The notes under the pieces were generated by a model that was not told the origin of the DNA, ran no database searches, and saw only the letters and a list, made by a program, of their open reading frames with translations. This document shows, piece after piece, positions 18,787-29,001 of a stretch of 64,000 nt of DNA. The DNA is from an uncultured Hyphomicrobiales bacterium (GTDB taxonomy: Bacteria > Bacteroidota > Ignavibacteria > Kapaibacteriales > UBA2268), in the NCBI GenBank assembly GCA_964472015.1, contig CAYYIP010000002.1:48977-112976 (forward strand). The letters are read 5' to 3'. Made by a program: the position numbers and the translations under genes. The first letter of the stretch is position 1; every line of letters begins with the position of its first letter.

Positions 18787-20430
18787 TTAGAATTGCCACA
18801 TAAGACCAATTGAAGCAAATATACCGCGTTCGCGATATTTATTCCATATATATACAGTACTATTTGTTAAATTATTTAATGATAAATTTATTGTAAATTT
18901 ATTTATTGTATAGTCTGTTGATAGATTTAGCGTTATATAACTATTGAGTTGTTCACTTAAATTAGTTGCGTAATATCTTGCACCTATATATTGCAATGAT
19001 AGATTTGTTGTTAATGCTTCTACCCACTTTTTAGAATATGTACCATTTAATTGTAATGCTGGTGTATAAGTAAAATTTTTATTATTGCTTAATGAATTAA
19101 GATTAATACTTATTTTACTTATTATTTGATCATTTTTAGAAAAAGAGAAAAAGCCTTCTCCAAACACTTTAAATATTGTTCCATTATAATAAGTTAATTT
19201 GAATTCTGCAAGTGAATCATTTTCAAAATTCATTAATCTATCTGCAATACATAATTCAGTACCACCCGTTAAAGATATTTTTGTTGTTGGGTGGAACCAT
19301 AAAGCACCTCTAAGTTTAAGTATATTATATGTATAATCTATACTTGTTCTTTTTGACATATAAGGATTTAACATCGCTATATTTTCAAATTCTGTTTTTT
19401 CTAGTCCCGAGTTTAAGTCTACTTTTAGAGTAAATGAGTTATTTATGCGATATTCTGCATTCCCTGCTAGCAATAACCCTGTACGATCTATATTTTCAGA
19501 ATTATTTGCAATTTGGAAACCTATTTTTGCTGTTGCTGAAATATTTTTATTAAAGTAAGAAGCAGCACCTTCAAATTGATAAAAATTAATTGTATTTTCT
19601 GCAAAACTTTCAAAATCTATGAATATACTTCCATTAATTAAGAAATTTTTCCAGTAATTTTTTATATTAGCATGACCTTGTAAATAATTATGAGAAAAGG
19701 CATCCCCTAGTGTATATTGTTGTATTAATTTATCATTTGTAATTTTTGATAAGTTTAAGTTTGCACCAACATTAAAAATTGTACTTTTATATGCTCCTTC
19801 CGATTCAACATTAAATTTAAATTGTGTATAATTTCTATCAAAATAATCTGTCGTTTTATCTATAAAATAATTATCTCCTTTATCAAAGCCATATAAATTA
19901 TAACTTTTTGTATTAAATACTATATTTGTACGAGTACGACTCCCTCCGAATATAAAAAATTTATCATCTGCTATGTAATCAGAATTTATATTTATATAAA
20001 ATTTATTATAATTTGAATATTTTTCATCTCCTTGACTGCTATTGAAGCCTATTTTTGCATATGTATCAAAGTTAAATATATTAAATTGATATCCTGCATC
20101 AATAGTTGGTGTATTAAATACGCCATAGCTTCCTTTTATAAATCCTTTTGAATAATTTTTTGTTGTATAATGTTCAGGAAGTTTATCAGCTTCTAGTAAT
20201 ATTGGTAATTGTTTATCATACGTATTTAAAGAATCTAATTCTTTTATGTCTAATGGTGTAGGTCTTGATGCAATTTGTTTCATGCCTGATTTTACATTTA
20301 ATTGTTCTACACCTTCTATTATAAAAGCTGGTAATTCTAATGGTTTTGTATTTTCTTTATCTTGTGAAAAGATAGGAATAAACGCCGTGTTTACAATAAT
20401 ACACCATAAGATTAAAATATATTTTTTCAT
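18787..20430 (-). CDS. Outer-membrane beta-barrel protein (TonB-dependent-receptor-like), function unknown
   Basis: Signal peptide, alternating amphipathic beta-strands, NNLTNS..YIWNKY, terminal aromatic strand ASIGLMWQF. Confidence 0.75.
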   Translation of the reverse strand: MKKYILILWCIIVNTAFIPIFSQDKENTKPLELPAFIIEGVEQLNVKSGMKQIASRPTPLDIKELDSLNTYDKQLPILLEADKLPEHYTTKNYSKGFIKGSYGVFNTPTIDAGYQFNIFNFDTYAKIGFNSSQGDEKYSNYNKFYININSDYIADDKFFIFGGSRTRTNIVFNTKSYNLYGFDKGDNYFIDKTTDYFDRNYTQFKFNVESEGAYKSTIFNVGANLNLSKITNDKLIQQYTLGDAFSHNYLQGHANIKNYWKNFLINGSIFIDFESFAENTINFYQFEGAASYFNKNISATAKIGFQIANNSENIDRTGLLLAGNAEYRINNSFTLKVDLNSGLEKTEFENIAMLNPYMSKRTSIDYTYNILKLRGALWFHPTTKISLTGGTELCIADRLMNFENDSLAEFKLTYYNGTIFKVFGEGFFSFSKNDQIISKISINLNSLSNNKNFTYTPALQLNGTYSKKWVEALTTNLSLQYIGARYYATNLSEQLNSYITLNLSTDYTINKFTINLSLNNLTNSTVYIWNKYRERGIFASIGLMWQF

Positions 20431-20467
20431 ATTATTATCTGAGATTAAATTTAATATTTATTGAAAT

Positions 20468-23400
20468 TTATTTAATTCGTTTTAAACGCATTTTTGCTGT
20501 TTTTCCGAATTCATCATCTGGTCTAAGTTCTAGTATTGTTAAATATATTTCTCGTGCTTCCTCTAATTTCTTTTCTTTTTCATATATTTCGCCAAGACTT
20601 AACATACCTAAAGAATACCAATCTTCATATCCAGAAAATTTTTCTTTTAATAATTCAAAATTTTCTTTTGCTTTTTCTCTATTTTCATCTCTAAGATATA
20701 GTTCGCCTATTCTATATCTTGCTTCTGCTGAAATATATGGATTATCATAAACTTCAGCTATTTTTTCGAATTCATCAATTGCGGTTTTTATATCATTTTT
20801 CATTCTATAATACATAGCTATACGATATCTGCTTTGATCACCAAAGTCTGTATCCTTATAATTATCTGCAACTTGTTTAAATAAATTAAGTCCTTGTATT
20901 GTATCGCCTTTTCCCCAGGCTAGTAGTGCACGTTCAAAGCCGGCTTGTGGTGCAACTTCATTTTGTGGATATTTTTCTATTATTTTAGTTAATATAGCAT
21001 TAGCAGTATCAATTAAATTATTACTTTTAAGTAGTAAAGCATATTCTAATAATCCTAAAGCTGCATAATCACTATTTGGAAATTCTTTACTTAATTTTAT
21101 GAAATATTTTGTGGAATTATTAAAATCATTGATAGACATATAGCTTTTTCCCATCCAGTAATATGCTTCAGCATTTTTTTCACTATTTGGAAATGATTTT
21201 GAGAAATTATCAAATTCTGCTATTGCATCATTAAATTTATGTCCAGTATAAAACATTTCTGCTTTTTTATATCGAAAATCTTCAACAAAAGGTGATTCTG
21301 GATTATTGCCAATATAAGAATCTGCTATTTTTATAGCTTCATCTTCACGACCTAAGGCCATTAAAGCATATTGTACACTGCGCATTGCTTCAGGTGCTAG
21401 ATTACTACTAGGAAACTGTTCTACTATATTTTTATATCCTGCTATTGCTTCTTCATAATCGCCTTTGTTATAGTAACAATCTGCTATTGCATAATAAGCA
21501 CGAGTTATTAATCTACTTTGGGGATATGTTGATATTAGAAAATTAAAATTATCTATTGCTTCTGCATATTTTCCTTGTTGGAATCTTATCCATCCTATAA
21601 GATATAAAGAATTTGGTGCAAAAGGTGATTTAGAATAATCCTTAACAAAATTTAATAGTGCAGTTATTGACTGTTCATATTTATTTTGCCTATATAAAGC
21701 GTGAGCTAATTGATAAGCCGCATATTGTCCATCTTCTGTTTTTGGGCCAACTTTTGTTGCCATTTGATAACATTCTACTGCTTTTCCATATTGTTTTATT
21801 AGATAGAAACCATCACCTTGTCTAGTTAATACTTCTAGTGCAAATTTAGATTTTGGATATTCTTTTAACATGGCTTCAAAAACTTTAGAAGACTGTGTAA
21901 ATTGTTGTTGTCTAAAAAAACTCCATCCTTTACCGTAATATGCTTCTTCTCTACGTTTTGATATAGGATATTTTTGTAAAACTCTATCATAAGTTTCCGC
22001 TGAATTTTTAAACATATCAGAGTGATAATAAGCTTCAGCAAGCCAAAATTGAGCTTCATCTAATTTAGATGTATCAGGAGTTTCTGATATGTAAGCTAAT
22101 AATGTTGATATTGCTTCTGCACTACGTTGTGTTAAAACTAAGGCTATACTTTGTTTCAATCTTGCTTCGTTCAAGTACCAATTTTTGTTAGGTATAATAA
22201 TTTCTGAAGTATTTTTTGCTAGTTGTTCTGCTTTTTTGTAAGAAGATATTGCATTTGAATATTGTTTTAGTTCTAAATAGCTTGCAGCTAATAATGATAT
22301 TATACGTATTTGAGTTTTTACATTATCTGCTTCACGTTCTGCACGTTCTAATGTTCGTTTTGCTAAGTCATAGTCTTTTTGTTCGTAATAAATTTGTCCT
22401 AATTCTAATAAAACTTGACTTAAATAAGGATAATTTGGTTCAACTGCTAATGTTGATAACATTGATTGAGCAGTATGGACTTGATTCATTTTTTTATAAC
22501 AAGTTGTAATAAATAAATTTGCTAAACTCTTTATTTTTGCATCTGAGCTTTGAGCATTTACAACTAGTTCATAATATTTTTTTGCTTCATTAAATTTCTC
22601 TAAATTAAGGTAGGCAAATCCTAATGCCATATTAACATAATTTATTAACTTAGATTCTTTATAAGTATTTTCAAAATCTGTTAATATATTTATTGTTTGT
22701 TGATAATTTCCTATTTGATTATAGGTTTCACCTTTTAGATAAGCTATATTTTCTTTGATATTTTCATAATAATCTTGAGGTGCATATAATAATCCGATTG
22801 AATCTTTTGTTTCTATATAATTAACTGCTGTTTCAGCACGGGTTATATTTAAGGTTGCTGTTTGTGGATTTCTTAATAATAGAGCATCATTTGCTGTTCT
22901 TATCATAGAAGCTGTTACAACACTTGAATATTTAAATTCGTCTTGTATTTGAGAAAAATATTTTATAGATTTTTCATATTCATGATTAATTTCTTCTATT
23001 GTTCCTAAAGCGTATAAAGATTGTGCTTGATAAATACCATTAGGAAAATTTTTATAACATTTTTCAAAATAAACAGAAGCATCAAAATAGTTGCCTTGTT
23101 GTGCTATTGATATAGCTAGCCAATATGTTGCTGCATGTTCAATTTCATCATAAAAATTAAAATAGTTACGTGTAGTTTTATCTATTGATGCACTATTTAT
23201 GGCTTTTAAAAAATATTGTTCTGCATTAGAATAGTTTGTTTGTTCTAATTCTATATATCCTGCTAATAGGAAAGCAGGAGCAACAAAAGGAGAATTATGA
23301 CGCTCTGTTGTAAAAATATCTAAAGATTTTATTGCTAATTTGTAATTACCACATTGTAAATCAATATTTGCTATATTAAATTTTGATAAATCAGTTACTG

Positions 23401-23614
23401 AAATTGAGGGGTGGTTTTTTAATATGTTTAATAATTTAATTTCTGCATCTTTTATTAATTCTTTATCAAAATCATATATTGCATTATGCAATTCTAAACT
23501 TGCATAATTATTATCATAAGATATTAATTGAGAGTTTAATTTTTCTTGTTGTGTTATTATAGATAATAATATCAATAATAAAATAAATAAGTGTGTTGAC
23601 AGCTTTTTGGGCAT
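20468..23614 (-). CDS. 1048-aa periplasmic tetratricopeptide-repeat protein (BamD/CpoB-like repeats)
   Basis: Signal peptide, repeated A.Y..G..Y...Y..A...F..L...YP.S units along the whole length. Confidence 0.88.
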   Translation of the reverse strand: MPKKLSTHLFILLLILLSIITQQEKLNSQLISYDNNYASLELHNAIYDFDKELIKDAEIKLLNILKNHPSISVTDLSKFNIANIDLQCGNYKLAIKSLDIFTTERHNSPFVAPAFLLAGYIELEQTNYSNAEQYFLKAINSASIDKTTRNYFNFYDEIEHAATYWLAISIAQQGNYFDASVYFEKCYKNFPNGIYQAQSLYALGTIEEINHEYEKSIKYFSQIQDEFKYSSVVTASMIRTANDALLLRNPQTATLNITRAETAVNYIETKDSIGLLYAPQDYYENIKENIAYLKGETYNQIGNYQQTINILTDFENTYKESKLINYVNMALGFAYLNLEKFNEAKKYYELVVNAQSSDAKIKSLANLFITTCYKKMNQVHTAQSMLSTLAVEPNYPYLSQVLLELGQIYYEQKDYDLAKRTLERAEREADNVKTQIRIISLLAASYLELKQYSNAISSYKKAEQLAKNTSEIIIPNKNWYLNEARLKQSIALVLTQRSAEAISTLLAYISETPDTSKLDEAQFWLAEAYYHSDMFKNSAETYDRVLQKYPISKRREEAYYGKGWSFFRQQQFTQSSKVFEAMLKEYPKSKFALEVLTRQGDGFYLIKQYGKAVECYQMATKVGPKTEDGQYAAYQLAHALYRQNKYEQSITALLNFVKDYSKSPFAPNSLYLIGWIRFQQGKYAEAIDNFNFLISTYPQSRLITRAYYAIADCYYNKGDYEEAIAGYKNIVEQFPSSNLAPEAMRSVQYALMALGREDEAIKIADSYIGNNPESPFVEDFRYKKAEMFYTGHKFNDAIAEFDNFSKSFPNSEKNAEAYYWMGKSYMSINDFNNSTKYFIKLSKEFPNSDYAALGLLEYALLLKSNNLIDTANAILTKIIEKYPQNEVAPQAGFERALLAWGKGDTIQGLNLFKQVADNYKDTDFGDQSRYRIAMYYRMKNDIKTAIDEFEKIAEVYDNPYISAEARYRIGELYLRDENREKAKENFELLKEKFSGYEDWYSLGMLSLGEIYEKEKKLEEAREIYLTILELRPDDEFGKTAKMRLKRIK

Positions 23615-23852
23615 TTTTATACTTTTATTTTTAATGACAGTTTACAAAAAGTTAATTTACTATAATTATAATAAATTATTGTTTAAAAATATCAATAATA
23701 TCAATAATATTATAAATTATAAAAATAATGGATTTGTATTTTGTATATTACTCCATATTTAAAAATACAAAAAATATAAAAAAAAACAAAGATATATATG
23801 TTATTTAAAAATAGTTTATTTAAGTTTTATATATATATATTTCTATATTTTT

Positions 23853-24845
23853 TTATTTATATCTAGTTATTTGTTTTGATATTTCTTCGGCAACATACAG
23901 TGCTTTTGTTGCTTCTAATAAATTTATCAAAGGGTTATGCTTGTTTATAATAGAAGTTAGGAAAGCAGTTTGTTCTTTTTGCATTGCATTTGATGGTTTT
24001 ATTTTAGGTTTTTCAAATACAATATGTTTTCCTAAATTTATGTCTTCTATATCTCCTAACATTGTTGCTATTTTTTTATCTTTTTCTATAAAGTTTATGT
24101 CTTTTGTCATTTTAAATATTTCAATACTTGGAGTTATAAAATCTAATGAAAAATATCCATATTTTTGAAAAAATCGCATTTTTCTCATTGGTTTGGCAGA
24201 AATACGTGAACTTGTCAAATTAGCTACCGCGCCGTTTTCAAAATTTATACGTGCATTAGCAATATCTATTGTATTTGTAATAATACTAACACCGTTTGCA
24301 TCAATAGATTTTACTGGAGATTTTATTAACCAAAGAGCTATATCTATATCGTGAATCATTAAATCATGAATTACTGATACATCTATAGCACGTGTTTTAA
24401 AATTAGTTAGTCTATGGGCTTCAATAAAAAGCGGATTTATTGGATTTTGTTGTAAAAATTCTATTGCAGGATTAAATCTTTCAATATGTCCAATTTGTAT
24501 TATTATATCAGGTTTATTTTTTGAAATATTTATTAATTCATTTGCTTGTTGTATATTTGATGTTACTGGTTTTTCTATAAAACAATGTTTATTATTTTCT
24601 ATACATTTTTTTGCTATTTCATAATGTGATATTGTTGGAACAACGATAAATATTGCTTCTGATTCATTTAAAGTTTCTTCTATATTTGAAAATTTTTTTA
24701 TATTTAATTCTTTTGCAAGTTGTGTAGTTTTTTGTTCATCAATATCATAAATTCCTATAAAATCAGCATAAGGATTTTCTTTTAGCAGTTTACAATGTAT
24801 AGTACCTAAGTGTCCTGTTCCTATTAAAGAAGTTTTTATTTTCAT
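23853..24845 (-). CDS. Gfo/Idh/MocA oxidoreductase, GnnA-like (UDP-GlcNAc 3-dehydrogenase candidate)
   Basis: IGTGHLG, HCFIEKPV, QIGHIERFNPA, FIEAHRL, VIHDLMIHDIDI, NLTSSRIS. Confidence 0.85.
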   Translation of the reverse strand: MKIKTSLIGTGHLGTIHCKLLKENPYADFIGIYDIDEQKTTQLAKELNIKKFSNIEETLNESEAIFIVVPTISHYEIAKKCIENNKHCFIEKPVTSNIQQANELINISKNKPDIIIQIGHIERFNPAIEFLQQNPINPLFIEAHRLTNFKTRAIDVSVIHDLMIHDIDIALWLIKSPVKSIDANGVSIITNTIDIANARINFENGAVANLTSSRISAKPMRKMRFFQKYGYFSLDFITPSIEIFKMTKDINFIEKDKKIATMLGDIEDINLGKHIVFEKPKIKPSNAMQKEQTAFLTSIINKHNPLINLLEATKALYVAEEISKQITRYK

Positions 24846-24861
24846 AATAAAAAATATAATT

Positions 24862-25452
24862 TTATTTTAAGTTTTTCAAAAAATTGTTACAAAAATTTAG
24901 TATAGCGTTATGTCTATGACTAATTTTGTTTTTTTCATTTTCTGTTAATTCAGCAAATGTTTTATTATATCCATCAGGAACAAATATTGGATCATATCCG
25001 AAGCCATTATTTCCACGTTCGTTATGTATTATATTTCCTTTACATTCACCTTCAAAAAATAAAGTTTCTTGTCCATTGTAATAAGCAATAAATGTATGAA
25101 ATTTTGCTTTTCTATTAGTTTCATTTTTCAATAATGATAGTAATTTTTCTCTATTTGCTTTATCGTTATTTATATCTGCAAATCTAGCTGAATGTATCCC
25201 TGGTAATCCATTTAATATTTCTACTTCTAGTCCGGAATCATCTGCAATAACAGGTAGTTTTGATGCATTATAGAAAGCTATAGCTTTTATTTTAGCATTT
25301 TCTGCTAATGTACTTCCTGTTTCTTCAGGATTTATATTTATATTTAATTCTTTTGCTGTAATAAAGTTTATTGTATTTCCAACATTTTTATAGACTATTT
25401 CTTTTATTTCTTTTACTTTATGTTTATTGTTACTTGCTATTAAGATATTCAT
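24862..25452 (-). CDS. rdgB: Non-canonical purine NTP pyrophosphatase (RdgB/HAM1)
   Basis: IASNNKHKVKE, EETGSTLAENAKIKA, IADDSGLEV, GFGYDPIF, KNKISHR. Confidence 0.95.
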   Translation of the reverse strand: MNILIASNNKHKVKEIKEIVYKNVGNTINFITAKELNININPEETGSTLAENAKIKAIAFYNASKLPVIADDSGLEVEILNGLPGIHSARFADINNDKANREKLLSLLKNETNRKAKFHTFIAYYNGQETLFFEGECKGNIIHNERGNNGFGYDPIFVPDGYNKTFAELTENEKNKISHRHNAILNFCNNFLKNLK

Positions 25453-25470
25453 TTTAAATTTATATTTTAT

Positions 25471-26916
25471 TTAATATTTTTTTTCTATGTCTTCTATTTT
25501 TTCTAATTTATAATTACCTATAGATATTATATTAAATATATATTTTTTATTTATTCTTTTATAATACCATATTTCGTAACTATTTTTATTTTTCATATCA
25601 GTTTCTATTTTATCGGGTTTCCCATTTAAAATATATACATTCCCACGTGCTGTTTTAGTACCATCTTTTTCTACAATAGTTTGATAGTTAAAGAAAGCAT
25701 AATCGACTCGTTGAAAGTAAGTTGTCATAGTATGATTATATAATATTTTTGACGGATATTTTGTATTCCAATAATTAATTAATTTATTATATTTTTCTTC
25801 TGCACTTCCAGAATTTATTTTATTTTCTTCATCAGCATTCAATATATATTGCATTGATTTTATTGCATAATTTACATCTAATAAAGATAATGGAATATTA
25901 AGCCATATAATTTCAAAAGGAAATACTTCTTTTTCATTTGTAGAAATATTAATTATTTCTAATTCATATAATCCTGGGGAGAAGTTATTATAATTAGGTG
26001 TTATTTTTAGAAGTCCTATTTTATTTTGGTTATTGAAATGAGTTTCTATTATATTTATTTCTGGGGTTGCAAATTTATGTTGGTGAATATCATATTTAAA
26101 TTTAAGAATACTATTATATAATGTTTGTGCTTCTCCAGTTATGGTATTGAATGTGCCCCAAACTTTACGTCTTTCATCATTTTTCTTACTTGATATTGAA
26201 TATTTAAATTGTGGATTTTCCAAATTATTGTATAAAAATGGTATTACAATTGAGAATGTATTTTCAGAAAAAGGTATTTTGTCATTACTAATGAAAGGAG
26301 TGTAAGTATTTGATTGTGTTGTGTTGAAGTTGTTACAAAGGAAATATGGTTCTAACAATATGTTATTATTTTCTTTTAATTTAGAATATTTTTCTATATT
26401 TTTTGTTATGTTACTATTAAGGTATGATGTTTTTCCATTTAATAAAGATATTTTTACATTATAATCATCATTTAGGAGTGTAAAATTTACTAAATTAGTA
26501 AAATTTAATGTTTGAGAAATTGTTTCATTGTAAGTAGCTACATTAATTGTATCTTTTGTTATAATACGTTTACGTGTAATACCGTTTTTGTCTTTAAATA
26601 TTGCTTCTATATTTAATATTGTAAAATATTTATTATTTGAGTTTAATTTAAAAACAAGTTCATTAAAATATATTTTATAAAAGAAATAAAAATTTAGAGA
26701 ATCTAAATTAGCATTTGGAACAACATATATATCTGTATATAAATTACTTCCATAGTTATAATACTTACTTTTATCAGGCATATTAATTTTATTTATATTT
26801 TGTGCAAATGTACAAAAAGATAAAAAAAATAGCACTATTAGAATAAAGTATTTTATATAGTTTCTATTATTAATGCAAATATTTTTTTTAATATTATGAT
26901 TTTTATTAGAATTCAT
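25471..26916 (-). CDS. GWxTD-domain exported protein with degenerate signature
   Basis: Signal peptide; C-terminal YWNTKYP...YFQRVDYA...GTKTARGNVYILNGKPD...EIWYY follows the GWxTD domain layout. Confidence 0.75.
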   Translation of the reverse strand: MNSNKNHNIKKNICINNRNYIKYFILIVLFFLSFCTFAQNINKINMPDKSKYYNYGSNLYTDIYVVPNANLDSLNFYFFYKIYFNELVFKLNSNNKYFTILNIEAIFKDKNGITRKRIITKDTINVATYNETISQTLNFTNLVNFTLLNDDYNVKISLLNGKTSYLNSNITKNIEKYSKLKENNNILLEPYFLCNNFNTTQSNTYTPFISNDKIPFSENTFSIVIPFLYNNLENPQFKYSISSKKNDERRKVWGTFNTITGEAQTLYNSILKFKYDIHQHKFATPEINIIETHFNNQNKIGLLKITPNYNNFSPGLYELEIINISTNEKEVFPFEIIWLNIPLSLLDVNYAIKSMQYILNADEENKINSGSAEEKYNKLINYWNTKYPSKILYNHTMTTYFQRVDYAFFNYQTIVEKDGTKTARGNVYILNGKPDKIETDMKNKNSYEIWYYKRINKKYIFNIISIGNYKLEKIEDIEKKY

Positions 26917-26945
26917 TTATATTTTATATTATTTAATTAAAGACC

Positions 26946-27593
26946 TTATTTTTCTATATCTTCTATGTTACTTACATTAGCATATCCTGCTCCTCTACGA
27001 ATTATTTTGAAATCATCTGTTACCATATCAATAACTGTAGATTCACCTGTAAAATTATAATGTTCTGTGCATACTACAACATCTACAAGATTTATAAATT
27101 TTTCTATTATTTCGTCTGGTGTTAGAAAGTTATAACTTATATCATCGCCTATTCTTGCACTAATAGATATTATAGGTTCATCTAATACATCTAGTAATGT
27201 ATGTGCAATATTACTTTCTGGGACACGGATACCTACTGTTTTTCTATTAGGGTTTATTGCTAGTTGTGGTACTATTTTTGTTGCTGGCAGAATAAATGTA
27301 TATGGTCCGGGTATCAAACTTTTTATAGTTTTATATGCACTATTTGATATTTTTGCATATGTTGATATATTTGATAGGTTCTTACATAAAAATGTTAAAG
27401 ATTTTTTCGTAGATATATTACGAATTCTTCTTAATTTTTCTATAGCATTTTTATTTGCTAGTTGACATCCTAACGTAAAACCTGTATCTGTCGGATATAA
27501 AATTACTGCACTATTTTTAATAGCTTCAACAATTTTATTAATTTTTCTTATTTCTGGTGTTATCCAATGTAATCCAAATACCTCTGCTCTCAT
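26946..27593 (-). CDS. TsaC/Sua5/YrdC family protein, YciO-like
   Basis: ILYPTDTGFTLGC, PGPYTFIL, TVGIRVP, EPIISIS, STVIDM...IIRRGAG. Confidence 0.9.
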   Translation of the reverse strand: MRAEVFGLHWITPEIRKINKIVEAIKNSAVILYPTDTGFTLGCQLANKNAIEKLRRIRNISTKKSLTFLCKNLSNISTYAKISNSAYKTIKSLIPGPYTFILPATKIVPQLAINPNRKTVGIRVPESNIAHTLLDVLDEPIISISARIGDDISYNFLTPDEIIEKFINLVDVVVCTEHYNFTGESTVIDMVTDDFKIIRRGAGYANVSNIEDIEK

Positions 27594-27665
27594 TTTATAT
27601 ATTTATTATTTTACTTGTTTACGTATTTATATATTAATTTCTAAATTAATAAAATATAATAAAAA

Positions 27666-28736
27666 TTATTTATCATTTCTTACTATTCTAATTCCTATAA
27701 AAGTTCCATTATTTTGATTATTTCTTTTATGGATACGAACGAATGTTTTCCCATCTGTACAGCAAGCACCGCGTGCTATACGTGTTGTTTTATTTATAGA
27801 ACCTTTTGGATTTATTTCTGGTGATATACTATAATAATTTTCATCATAATAGTCCCAACACCATTCTGCAACATTTCCCAAACAATCATACAATCCATTT
27901 TTATTAGATTTTAGTTTACCGCAGGGTTGAGGTTTTAAGCCAGAATTAGTTGAATACCAAGCAAATTCAGATAAATTGACATTAGTATCTGTTTGGGCGA
28001 TATATTCCCATTCTGCTTCTGTTGGTAGTCGCCATCCATTAGCAGTAGTATCCCAAGCTACATAATCGTCTTGTGTTATAACATAAGATGGCGTTAAAGA
28101 GTATAATTCTGATATTTTATTACAAAATTTTATTGCATCGAGCCAAGATATATTATATGCAGGTAAATTATCATCTATAATTATAGAATTATTTGTATCC
28201 ATAGTAAGTTTATATATTCTTTGATTAATTTCCGTTGTAGAAACAAATAAATCATGTGAGATGTAAACTTTATGTATTGGTAGTTCATCGCTAAATCCAA
28301 AATTACTGCCCATTAAAAAATTACCAGCATTAACTTTAGCAATATCAAAGGGTGGTAAAGGTGCTATATCTAAATAAATATAATATGTTTGTGGATTTAT
28401 TTCTATCTTGTTATTGTTAATAACAACATACAATGTTGTTTCCCCTGATAGTTTAGGAATTTGTATACTTATTTTACTTTCTGTCCATACTATACAATCA
28501 AAAGAGAGTATTTTTAAAGTATCATTAAATACAACATAATTAGAGGAATCAGGCTTTCCTAAACATTCACCATAAATTGTTATAGTATCATTATAATAAG
28601 TCTTGTTATTTTCTAATGGATAAAGAATAGTTTCGTCTTTTGTATTAATAGGTATACTTTCTTTGCAAGAGAAAAGTAATATACAAATTACAAAAACAAA
28701 AGAAGTTTTTATTAGAAAACTATTAATATATTTCAT
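27666..28736 (-). CDS. Lipoprotein with IPT/TIG domain and FGE-sulfatase (SUMF1/EgtB/PvdO) domain
   Basis: Lipobox LFSC; DTITIYGECLG (IPT); FLMGS, ISWLDAIKFCN, WRLPTEAEWEY, GLYDCLGNVAEWCWD. Confidence 0.88.
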   Translation of the reverse strand: MKYINSFLIKTSFVFVICILLFSCKESIPINTKDETILYPLENNKTYYNDTITIYGECLGKPDSSNYVVFNDTLKILSFDCIVWTESKISIQIPKLSGETTLYVVINNNKIEINPQTYYIYLDIAPLPPFDIAKVNAGNFLMGSNFGFSDELPIHKVYISHDLFVSTTEINQRIYKLTMDTNNSIIIDDNLPAYNISWLDAIKFCNKISELYSLTPSYVITQDDYVAWDTTANGWRLPTEAEWEYIAQTDTNVNLSEFAWYSTNSGLKPQPCGKLKSNKNGLYDCLGNVAEWCWDYYDENYYSISPEINPKGSINKTTRIARGACCTDGKTFVRIHKRNNQNNGTFIGIRIVRNDK

Positions 28737-29001
28737 AATAATTATTTTATATAGAATATTGAATTTTAATTTTACATCATAATATAGAATACGAAATAAT
28801 TTATATTTAAATATCCTATTTTTTATTAATTTTAATTTATCAATATAAAATTAGCCATAATCGTTTATAGTTTTTTTGTTTTATTATATATTTATATTAA
28901 AATATTTTGAATATTGAAATACAATTTACAAATTATTTTGAGCTGTGTTGCTTATGGCTAGTTATTTTTTAAAATTTATACATTTTTATTTATATAATTT
29001 A

